Below are positions 55,950 to 64,000 of a stretch of DNA of 64,000 nucleotides, one piece after another. This stretch comes from an uncultured delta proteobacterium (GTDB lineage Bacteria; Myxococcota; Myxococcia; SLRQ01): positions 736,001-800,000 of the forward strand of contig CAVSGM010000002.1 of assembly GCA_963727485.1 (NCBI GenBank), in the 5' to 3' direction. The translations under genes and the position numbers were made by a program. The notes beneath the pieces are model-generated. The model had not been told where the DNA came from. It searched no databases and saw only the letters and a list, made by a program, of their open reading frames with translations. How positions within the stretch are numbered: the first letter of the stretch is position 1; each line of letters begins with the position of its first letter.

Positions 55950-57208
55950 TGGCAGGCCGTGGGGATGGAGGCGTGGCACTTCTCGCAGCTGCGCGGGTTG
56001 CGCATCGCCGCCGCCTTGCACACCGAGGTGAACCCCGGGGGGTGCGGGGTGAACGAGAGGCCGCTCATCTGGGCGGTGGCGTGGCACTTGAGGCAGGTCT
56101 CCTCCCGGTGGCAGGAGGCGCAGGCCATGATGTTCCGCCGCGCGGCCCAGGCGTGGAAGTTGGGGCTGCTCTGGTGGGCGAGATTGATCCAGCCCTGGGG
56201 ATGGAAGCGCAGGTTCTGGCACTGGCCCGAGGGGGCGTAGGCGCAGTCGGGGGCGTGGAAGGTCGGGTTCTGGGTGGGGTCGCCGCCCCGGACCACGCCG
56301 GTGGGCGCATCGACGCCGATCCCCAAACGCTCATGGCAGGTGACGCAGAACGACTGGCGCCGATGGCAGCCGTTGCAGGAGAGGCTGTCCTGGCGCGCCG
56401 CCACCGGGTGGGTGCTGATCCAGTCCGCCGGGTGGATGTCGAAGGGCTTGAGGGTCCCGTCGTGGCAGTCGGTGCAGAACTTCTTGGTGTGGCAGTCGTC
56501 GCAGATCTTCGCCTGGAGGCGCCCGGCGAGGCTGTGGTTGCGCCGCCACCCGGCGCCGTGGTCCATGTGGAGCACGTCGTCGCCGGGCTCGAGGGTGCCG
56601 GTGGGGAACGAGGTCTGCAGCCGTCCGTCGGGCCCGGTGAGGTGGCAGGTGTCGCACCGCCGCGAGGCGTGGACGTCGTCGTGGCAGGTGAAGCAGGTGG
56701 CCATGGTGGGCAGCTGCTGGCGGGTGGCCTTGGCGACCTTGAACAGCTTCCCGTGGCAGGCGGCGCACTTGATCCCGCGCTTCAGGTGCTGCTGATGGCT
56801 GAACTTGAGGTTCGCGGTGGGGAAGACCGCCGGCCGCACCGGGGCCACCTGCGCGGGGTGCCAGCCGAGGTGGCAGAGGCTGCAGTCGTTCTGCGGCTTG
56901 GCGGTGGACCCGGGCTTCGGCGGCGACACCGCGTGGCAGTCGACGCACCGCGGGTGGGTGGGGATGAGGTGGTCCGCCGGGGAGGTGCTCTGGTCGGCCT
57001 TGTGGCAGTCGTCGCAGGAGAGGATCCCCGTGGCCAGGTGCTCCTTGTGGGTGAAGGCGAAGTCGATGTCCTGGGGCGGGTAGATCGCCTGCGACCGCGG
57101 CCCGGTCGCCGAGGGGTGGGTCGTCGGGAGCGGCTTCCCGTCGGCCCGGGCGACGGAGGCGGCGAGGGCCACCGCGAGGACGGTCACGGCGAGGGCGAGG
57201 CGGCGCAT
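55946..57208 (-). CDS. Periplasmic multiheme cytochrome c, 13 CxxCH motifs
   Basis: Sec signal ending ARA-D; CDDCH, CVDCH, CSLCH, CAACH, CFTCH, CDTCH, CDDCH, CTDCH, CNGCH, CVTCH, CASCH, CLKCH, CEKCH. Confidence 0.92.
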   Translation of the reverse strand: MRRLALAVTVLAVALAASVARADGKPLPTTHPSATGPRSQAIYPPQDIDFAFTHKEHLATGILSCDDCHKADQSTSPADHLIPTHPRCVDCHAVSPPKPGSTAKPQNDCSLCHLGWHPAQVAPVRPAVFPTANLKFSHQQHLKRGIKCAACHGKLFKVAKATRQQLPTMATCFTCHDDVHASRRCDTCHLTGPDGRLQTSFPTGTLEPGDDVLHMDHGAGWRRNHSLAGRLQAKICDDCHTKKFCTDCHDGTLKPFDIHPADWISTHPVAARQDSLSCNGCHRRQSFCVTCHERLGIGVDAPTGVVRGGDPTQNPTFHAPDCAYAPSGQCQNLRFHPQGWINLAHQSSPNFHAWAARRNIMACASCHREETCLKCHATAQMSGLSFTPHPPGFTSVCKAAAMRNPRSCEKCHASIPTACQ

Positions 57209-58579
57209 CAGAAGCCCACTCCCAGGTTGACCACCAGGTAGACCCGGAAGTCGTTGGCGAGGAGCTTGCTGGCGTCGTCCTCGAGGTAGAGGTGCACCCG
57301 GGCCTGCCGGTCGAAGGCGTAGTGGACCCCGGCCCGGACCCCGACGGTGGCCGTGGCCTGGTTTGGGAGCAGCGGGTCGGCGGCGTAGCCCCCGGCGAGG
57401 CCCAGGCTCCCGGAGACCGGGCCGTAGAGGGTGCGCTGGGCGTCGCCCTGCACCCAGGCCTGGGTGCCGCCGTAGCCCCCGAGGTAGGAGAGGTGGAGGG
57501 CGTAGCGGTGCCCCGGGGCCGGGAGCCAGCTGGCGTCGACGGAGCCCCCGGCGGCGAGGCTCTGGGTCTTCATCACCACGTCGGTGTAGCGCCGCACCCG
57601 GGCCCGGAGCTGGAGCGAGAAGCGCGCCACCGGGTGCCAGCGCCCGAAGAGATCGCCCTCTTCCAGCGGTCCGGTGGCGAAGCTGTTCCAGATGGAGTCG
57701 GCGTCGAAGGTGGGCACCGCCCGCAGATAGTCGACGCCGGCGACCCAGCGCCCGGGGAGCTCGGTGTCCACCCGCGCCTGGACGTAGGAGACCCGGCTCA
57801 TGAACAGGTCGTACTCGGCGTTGCCGCTCACCTCGACGCCGAAGCGCCGCCAGGCGACGCTCGCCGCGGCCCGCTCCAGGTCCACCGCCCCGGCGCTCAC
57901 CGCCCGCTGGTAGCCGAGGGTGGCGACGATGCCGGCCACCGGCGTGGTGCCCACCTCGGCGCCCCAGATGACGCTCGGCGCCGACTGGTAGCCCGCCAGG
58001 GGATAGGGCCAGCTCGGGCCCACCCGCTGGGCCAGGGCCGCGTCCGAGGAGCGCACCCCGTCGGGCTCGAAGGTGGGCGAGCCGAGGAACGATCCCGCCT
58101 TGACCATCAGCCCCCCGAAGGCCTCGAAGCGCAAAGGGCCCAGGGTGTAGTCGGCGTCGGCGCCGTCGACGTAGCGGAAGTCGAAGAGCCCCATCCGCAG
58201 CATCCGGCCCACGGTGAGGGTGAGGTGGCGCTCCAGGGTGCGCCACCGGAGGTTGCCCACCAGGAGCTCCACCGTGTCGCGGTTGACCCCGTCGAGGGCC
58301 TCGGGCTCGCCTGGGCGCCAGCCGAGGTCCGTGCCCACCCGGAGGCTCAGGTTGAGATTCGAGGTCGGCGCTCCCGGCGATGTCGTTGCCGTAGAGCGAG
58401 AGGTCCTCGTAGAGGCGCTGGCGGGGGAGCAGCAGCGCGTCGGAGAAGGCGTTGCGCCAGGCGCGCAGCGCGTAGGCCTGCCCCTCGGTCTGGCTACGGA
58501 CGACGAAGGTGCCGGCGAGGGCCGGGGTGGCCACCAGCGCGGCGGCCGCCAGCGCGACGATGCGGGTCGGGGTGCGCGT
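57208..58579 (-). CDS. Outer-membrane beta-barrel (putative porin), about 456 aa; frameshift near 58372, start codon uncertain
   Basis: Signal RIVALAAAALVATPALA; LTVGR..VDGADADY; many amphipathic strands; C-terminus YLVVNLGVGF; TGATG overlap with the cytochrome gene. Confidence 0.75.
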
Positions 58580-58687
58580 CTCTCCTCCAGGGTCGTGCGG
58601 TCGGACCTGCAGCCGCGAGCGGGGCCGCCGATGATAGCCGCAGAGGGCGTGGTCGCAAATGGCGAACCTGCTATCCTCGCCTTACTC

Positions 58688-59422
58688 ATGGGACGCTTCT
58701 TCACTCGCGAGGCGGGCATCCTCATCCTCGTCGGGGGTGTGGTCATCTCCGCCCTCGGCGTGGCCGACCATCTCCCCTGGCCGCTGCTCGCCGCCGTGGT
58801 CTTCGCCTGGGTGCTGGTCGCCGCCGTCCTCTCCATCGGGCTGACCCACTGGCTGGTGCCGGTGTATCTGCGCTTCGGGTTCATCGACCGGGCCATCGAG
58901 CTGTGCCTCCTGGCCCGCGACAGCGCCCCCAACCGCAAGATGCGCGACCAGGCCTCGGTGGACGTGGCCATGATCCACGCCACCACCGGGCGCTTCGCCG
59001 ACGCCCTGCGCAACCTCGAGCGGGTCAACGCCTTCGCCATGGGCACCCTCCCGCGGGCGCTGGTGGAGGCGAACCGCGCCTGGTGCCGGGCCCACCTGAA
59101 CCAGGACCTGGAGAAGGCCCTGGAGGAGGCCCACGGCGCCCGGGAGGCGGTCCCCGACGAGGGCATCTTCGCCTACATCGAGGGCCTGGTGCTCCACCGC
59201 CTCGGCCGGGACGCCGAGGCCCTCGAGGCCATCGAGGCGAGCCTGGTGTCCGAGCCCGATCCCCGCCTGCCCCAGCCCGGGGAGCGCGCCCTGGTGCTCT
59301 CCGAGGTCCGCCAGGCCCTCGGCGACACCGCCGGCGCCCGGGCCGCCCTCGACGACGCCGTCCGCCAGGGGACGCAGGGCCCGTTCCGCGAGGCCATCGA
59401 CCAGGCGCGGGTCAGCCCGTGA
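58688..59422 (+). CDS. Membrane protein with two TMs and TPR repeats
   Basis: Two hydrophobic N-terminal helices, then TPR-like units (GRFADAL, GRDAEAL, GDTAGAR). Confidence 0.7.
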   Translation: MGRFFTREAGILILVGGVVISALGVADHLPWPLLAAVVFAWVLVAAVLSIGLTHWLVPVYLRFGFIDRAIELCLLARDSAPNRKMRDQASVDVAMIHATTGRFADALRNLERVNAFAMGTLPRALVEANRAWCRAHLNQDLEKALEEAHGAREAVPDEGIFAYIEGLVLHRLGRDAEALEAIEASLVSEPDPRLPQPGERALVLSEVRQALGDTAGARAALDDAVRQGTQGPFREAIDQARVSP

Positions 59423-60704
59423 GCGGGTTGCGGCGCTGGATGGTCTGGTCGCGCTGGGCGCCGACGCTCACCAGGACCACCTCGACCCCCACCTCGTCCT
59501 CGATTCGCTTCACGTAGGCGCGCGCCGCCTCGGGGAGGTCGGCGAACGCCCGGCACGCGTCCAGGGGCTCGGTCCACCCGGGGACGGTCTCGTAGACCGG
59601 CTCCAGGGCCTCGAGGATCGCCCGGTCGGTGGGGATGTCGTCGAGGCGCGCGCCGCGGTAGGTGTAGTGGGTGCACACCTTCAGCTCCGCGAAGCCGGTG
59701 AGGACATCGAGCTTGGTGAGCGCCAGGCCGGTGAGGCCGTTGACCCGCGCCGCGTAGCGCAGGGCCGGCAGGTCGAGCCACCCGCAGCGCCTCGGCCGGC
59801 CGGTGGTGGCCCCGTACTCGGAGCCCGCCTCCCGGAGCCGGTCGCCCACCTCGCCTGAGAGCTCGGTGGGGAACGGGCCGGCGCCCACCCGGGTGGTGTA
59901 GGCCTTGCTGATGCCGATGATCTCGTGGAGCGCCGTGGGCCCGATGCCGGTGCCGGTGGCGGCGCCGGCGGCGACGCAGCTGGAGCTGGTGACGAAGGGA
60001 TAGGTCCCCTGGTCGAGGTCGAGGAGCGTCCCCTGGGCCCCCTCGAAGAGGATGGCGTCCCCGGCGCGGCTGCGCTGGAAGAGGAAGAGCGACACGTCGT
60101 CGACCAGGGGCGCCAGGCGCTCGGCGGCCCGGGCGTAGGGCTCGACCACCTCGTCGACGGTGAAGGGGTGGCCCCCGAGGCCCTGGAGGTGATCGTTGAC
60201 CTCGTCGAGGCGGCCCTCGACCCGGGCGCGGAACCGGTGGGGGTCGACCAGCTCCTCGACCCGGATGCCCTGGCGCGCGGCCTTGTCCTCGTAGGTGGGC
60301 CCGATGCCCCGGCCGGTGGTGCCGATGGCGGCCTTGCCGCGCCGGCGCTCCCGAAGGTGATCGAGGCGCTTGTGCCAGGGCATGATCACGTGGGCGGCGC
60401 CGGAGAGGCGCAGGCGCCCGGGGCCCACGGTGATGCCCTTGACCTCGAGGAGGTCGAGCTCCTCGACGAGCGCCAGGGGATCGACCACCACCCCGTTGCC
60501 GATGGCGGTGACCGCGCCGGGGTGGAGCACGCCGGAGGGGATGAGGTGGAGGATGGTCTGCTCGCCGGCGACCACCACCGTGTGCCCGGCGTTGTTGCCC
60601 CCCTGGAAGCGGACGACCACGTCGGCGTCGGCGCTGTAGAGGTCGACGACCTTGCCCTTCCCCTCGTCGCCCCACTGGGCCCCGACGATGACCACGTTCG
60701 GCAT
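59412..60704 (-). CDS. purA: Adenylosuccinate synthetase
   Basis: QWGDEGKGK, GGNNAGHT, IGTTGRGIGP, EGAQG, GATTGRPRRCGW, TKLD. Confidence 0.97.
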   Translation of the reverse strand: MPNVVIVGAQWGDEGKGKVVDLYSADADVVVRFQGGNNAGHTVVVAGEQTILHLIPSGVLHPGAVTAIGNGVVVDPLALVEELDLLEVKGITVGPGRLRLSGAAHVIMPWHKRLDHLRERRRGKAAIGTTGRGIGPTYEDKAARQGIRVEELVDPHRFRARVEGRLDEVNDHLQGLGGHPFTVDEVVEPYARAAERLAPLVDDVSLFLFQRSRAGDAILFEGAQGTLLDLDQGTYPFVTSSSCVAAGAATGTGIGPTALHEIIGISKAYTTRVGAGPFPTELSGEVGDRLREAGSEYGATTGRPRRCGWLDLPALRYAARVNGLTGLALTKLDVLTGFAELKVCTHYTYRGARLDDIPTDRAILEALEPVYETVPGWTEPLDACRAFADLPEAARAYVKRIEDEVGVEVVLVSVGAQRDQTIQRRNPLTG

Positions 60705-60786
60705 TTGGACTCCTCGGCTCCCGGCCCGACGGGCCAGGGTGTAGCACGGCCACGGCGGATCGGTAAACGCGGGAAGGTGGGGAGGC

Positions 60787-60815
60787 TTGACGATCGGCCC
60801 GGGGGCTCGTAATCA
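60787..60815 (+). promoter_or_regulatory. Putative sigma70 promoter of the beta-barrel gene
   Basis: TTGACG-17nt-TAATCA; AAGGAGG RBS downstream. Confidence 0.5.
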
Positions 60816-60872
60816 CCCGGCTGAACGTGCGTGGCCCCGCCCTGGCGCGGGCGATCGCCCAAGGAGGGGAAC

Positions 60873-61616
60873 ATGTCCAACCTTCGTCGCTACGTCGTCG
60901 CTCTCGGTCTCGTCTCCGCCCTCGCGGTGCCCGGTCTCGCCCGGGCCCAGTTCGTGCCCCCGGCCGACGACAGCGCCCCACCCCCGCCGCCCCCCTCGGC
61001 CTCGACGCCGCCGGCGAGCACCCAGATGCACGCCCACACGGCCGGGCCCGCCAAGGACAACCGCCCCACGGGCATGTCCGTGGGCATCGGCGCCGGCTGG
61101 ACCTTCCCCGCCCAGGTGCTCTCCCCGAGCACGGTGAGCGTGCGGATCCGGTTCAACGACTCCCTGGCCCTCGAGCCCACCCTCGCCCTCTCCTTCGGGA
61201 GCGGGGCCACCGAGAACGTCGCCCCCAACGTCGACACCGTCGACCGCCTCGCCGACTACGAGGTGGGCCTGGGGGTGAACCTGCGCTACGTCCTCGCCCG
61301 GGCGGGCAACCTCGACTTCCAGGGGCTCGCGGGCATCGGCTTCGACAACCAGGGGCACCAGACCGACCCCAACGGGCCCAACAACCTCACCCGCGAGGTC
61401 GACACCACCCTGGGGCTGAACTACGGCATCGCCATCGAGTGGTACTTCGCCCGGCACCTCTCGTTCTCCGCCGACGCCATGAACCCCATCGTCTCCTACT
61501 CCGTGAAGTCCCAGGTGGCGCCGGGGCCGCCGCAGGTCTCGAGCACCACCTCGAGCTTCTCCCTGGGCCTGGTGTGGTCGCCGACGGTGCGGCTGCTCTT
61601 CCACGTGTACTTCTAG
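60873..61616 (+). CDS. Outer-membrane beta-barrel protein
   Basis: AAGGAGG RBS; signal ending ARA-Q; Pro linker; about 8 amphipathic strands; C-terminus LLFHVYF. Confidence 0.8.
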   Translation: MSNLRRYVVALGLVSALAVPGLARAQFVPPADDSAPPPPPPSASTPPASTQMHAHTAGPAKDNRPTGMSVGIGAGWTFPAQVLSPSTVSVRIRFNDSLALEPTLALSFGSGATENVAPNVDTVDRLADYEVGLGVNLRYVLARAGNLDFQGLAGIGFDNQGHQTDPNGPNNLTREVDTTLGLNYGIAIEWYFARHLSFSADAMNPIVSYSVKSQVAPGPPQVSSTTSSFSLGLVWSPTVRLLFHVYF

Positions 61617-62872
61617 GCGGGAAGCGGCGACGCCAGGCTCGCGAGGTCGCCCTCGCGCCTGGCGCCGTCGGCGACCCGCACGCGGACGAAGCGTCCCGGG
61701 CCCACGGCGAGCACCACCTCGGCGTGGCCGGTCTCCCGGGCCCAGGCCAGCGCCTCGGCCTCGTCGCGGCCGTCGTCGAGGAGGACCACCGGGCGGCCTG
61801 GGGCCCGGAGCCTGTCGGCCACCCCCAGGGCCTCGGCGTCCCCGAGCGCCCCGGGCACCAGCACCACCCCGGCGGCCGCCTGGGCGCCGTCGCCCAGGGC
61901 CTCCAGCAGGAAGGGGATGTCGATGGCGACGCCCACCGCCGGCGCCGGGCGGCCGTAGCGCCCGAGGAGATTGTCGTAGCGGCCCCCGGCGGCGATCTCC
62001 GAGCCGGCCCCGGCGGCGAAGGCGTGGACGGTGAGCCCGGTGTAGTAGGCGAAGCCCCGGCTCTCGCCGAGGTCGACGGTGATCCGCGCCGGGAGGTCGA
62101 GGGCCGAGAGGGTCTCGAGGACCGCGTCGACCTCGGCCAGGGCCACCTCCCCCACCCCGGCCTTCCGGGCCAGGCGCCGGGCGCGGTCGAGGGTGCCCTG
62201 GCCGTAGAGGGTGGCGAGGTGTGGGAGGGCGCGGCGGGCCCGGGCGGCGTCGCCCCGGGCCTTGGGGAGCGAGGCCACCAGGACCTCGAGGGACGGCGCG
62301 TCCTTGTGGGCCAGGTGGGTGCGCGCCGCGAGGGCCGCGTCGTCGGGGAGCTCGGCGGCGGCGAGGAAGGCGTGGAGGAAGCCGGCGTGCCCCAGGTCGA
62401 GGACCGGGTCGGCGACCCCGGCGGCGTGGAGGGCCCGGGCGGCCAGGGCGACGATCTCCGCGTCGGCGAGGGTCCCGGCGGCGCCGAGGCACTCGACCCC
62501 GGCCTGGTAGATCTCCCGGGTGCGGCCGGCGCGGGCCTCGCGGCCCCGCATCACCGACCCGGCGTAGCTCACCCGCACCGGCGGCGGCAGGCTCGCCAGG
62601 GAGGCCGCCCACATCCTCGCCACCTGGGCGGTGTGGTCGGGGCACAGCGCCACGACCTCGCCGGAGCCGGGCTCCACGCAGCGGAAGAGCCGGTCCCGTG
62701 CCGCCGGGTCGAGGCCGCGGCCGACCACCGCCGCCTTCTCCAAAGTGGGGACGACGACGCGCCGATAGCCGTGGGCGGCGAAGACCTCCCCGAGGCGCGC
62801 CGTCACCGCCAGGAGGCGGGCGGCGGCGTCGGGGAGGTAGTCGCGGACACCGCTGGGGAGGCCCAGGTCCAT
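61613..62872 (-). CDS. hisZ: ATP phosphoribosyltransferase regulatory subunit
   Basis: LPSGVRDYLP, PDHTAQVAR, REIYQAGVECLG, DLGH, YYTG, GGRYDNL. Confidence 0.88.
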   Translation of the reverse strand: MDLGLPSGVRDYLPDAAARLLAVTARLGEVFAAHGYRRVVVPTLEKAAVVGRGLDPAARDRLFRCVEPGSGEVVALCPDHTAQVARMWAASLASLPPPVRVSYAGSVMRGREARAGRTREIYQAGVECLGAAGTLADAEIVALAARALHAAGVADPVLDLGHAGFLHAFLAAAELPDDAALAARTHLAHKDAPSLEVLVASLPKARGDAARARRALPHLATLYGQGTLDRARRLARKAGVGEVALAEVDAVLETLSALDLPARITVDLGESRGFAYYTGLTVHAFAAGAGSEIAAGGRYDNLLGRYGRPAPAVGVAIDIPFLLEALGDGAQAAAGVVLVPGALGDAEALGVADRLRAPGRPVVLLDDGRDEAEALAWARETGHAEVVLAVGPGRFVRVRVADGARREGDLASLASPLPA

Positions 62873-62883
62873 GCGCCCCCGGA

Positions 62884-64000
62884 TCAGACCCGGACGAGAT
62901 CCACGCGGATCATGTGCGGCACCGCCCGGAGCTTCTCCAGGACGGCGTCCTCGGGGGTGGCGTCGACGTTGAGCATCGCCAGCGCCTCGCCCCGCTCGCG
63001 GTCGAGGGAGAGCTGCATCCGGGCGATGTTGATCCCGGCGTCGCCGAGGATGCTGCCGATGCGGCCGATGACCCCGGGCTCGTCCTGGTTCTGCACCACC
63101 AGGATCCGCCCCTCGGGGACCGCCTCGAGATCGAAGCGCTCGAAGCGCACGATCCGCGGCTCCTTGCGTCCGAAGAGGGTCCCGGAGATGGTGAAGGCCG
63201 CCTCGGGCCCGGTGGCCTCGAGGGTGAGCAGGCTGGTGAAGTCGGTGGTGGCCGCGGCGCTCTGCTCCACCAGGGTCAGGCCCCGGTCGGCGGCGAGGTG
63301 GCCGGCGTTGACCTCGTTCACCGGCACGTCGAGCTGGTGCGAGAGCAGCCCCTTGAGGGCGGCCAGCGCCACCGGCTTCACCGGGTAGCGGTTCACCTCG
63401 CCGGCGGTGATCACCTTGAGCTCGGTGGCGTTCAACGGGCCGAGCTGGCCGGCCATCGACCCCAGACGCGCCGCGAGGTCGAGGAACGGCCCCACGGCCT
63501 CCATGACCTCCTGGCTCACGCTGGGCACGTTCACCGAGTTCTGCACCACCCCGTGCTGGAGGTAGGCGGCGATCTGCTCGGCCACCGCCACCGCCACGTT
63601 CTCCTGGGCCTCGTCGGTGGAGGCCCCGAGGTGCGGGGTGCAGATGAAGTTGTCGAGCCCGAGCAGCGGGTGGTCGGCCGGCGGCGGCTCCTTGCCGAAG
63701 ACGTCGAAGGCGGCGCCGCCCACCCGGCCCGACTGGAGGCCCCGGGCCAGCGCGTCCTCGTCGACCACGCCGCCGCGGGCGCAGTTGAGGATGAACACCC
63801 CGGGCTTCATCTTCTCGATGGCCCCGTCGTCGATGATCCCGCGGGTCTCGGCGGTGAGCGGCACGTGGACGCTCACGTAGTCGGCCCGGGCGAAGAGGGT
63901 CTCGAGATCCACCAGCTCGATCTCCATGCGCTTCGCCGCCTCCTTGGAGAGGAACGGGTCGTAGCCGACGACCTTCATCTTCAGGCCCCGGGCCCGGTCG
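62884..64000 (-). CDS. serA: D-3-phosphoglycerate dehydrogenase, long form with ACT domain (5' end outside window)
   Basis: GYDPF, HVPLT, NCARGG, DVF..EP, TPHLGASTDEAQ, C-terminal ACT DEPGVIG..GINIA. Confidence 0.93.
   Translation of the reverse strand, partial: DRARGLKMKVVGYDPFLSKEAAKRMEIELVDLETLFARADYVSVHVPLTAETRGIIDDGAIEKMKPGVFILNCARGGVVDEDALARGLQSGRVGGAAFDVFGKEPPPADHPLLGLDNFICTPHLGASTDEAQENVAVAVAEQIAAYLQHGVVQNSVNVPSVSQEVMEAVGPFLDLAARLGSMAGQLGPLNATELKVITAGEVNRYPVKPVALAALKGLLSHQLDVPVNEVNAGHLAADRGLTLVEQSAAATTDFTSLLTLEATGPEAAFTISGTLFGRKEPRIVRFERFDLEAVPEGRILVVQNQDEPGVIGRIGSILGDAGINIARMQLSLDRERGEALAMLNVDATPEDAVLEKLRAVPHMIRVDLVRV

Noticed and set aside
55946..58534. 862-aa ORF suggesting a porin-cytochrome fusion
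   Set aside because: The middle is off-frame; the cytochrome has its own ATG and signal peptide at 57208 overlapping the porin stop

Overview
Very GC-rich, gene-dense chromosomal window from a Myxococcota-like (myxobacterial) bacterium; no rRNA, tRNA, CRISPR array or mobile element was seen. Housekeeping genes: plsB, an M1 aminopeptidase, recJ, secF-secD-yajC-tgt-queA, polA, lon, pfkA, pcp, an acyl-CoA carboxyltransferase, purA, hisZ and serA. Accessory modules: (i) a Tad-like cluster (prepilin peptidase, secretin, FHA-fused CpaF ATPase, 2xFHA-TM-TPR protein) whose gene order recalls the Myxococcus Kil prey-killing cluster, preceded by a CglB-like VWA lipoprotein and an RHH-FHA protein; (ii) a pfkA - Ser/Thr kinase - TPR - FHA/GAF sigma54 activator run, with a TGACA-N4-TGTC(A/G) palindrome at both ends and an IHF site plus sigma54 promoter downstream; (iii) an 8xPKD surface lipoprotein; (iv) the most striking locus, a translationally coupled beta-barrel + 13-heme cytochrome c + Ig-like lipoprotein operon, a candidate porin-cytochrome electron conduit. 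About ten single-base frameshifts, two of them in polA, most likely reflect long-read errors, so several long ORF-track entries are chimeras. All family assignments come from motif recognition by eye; no searches were run.
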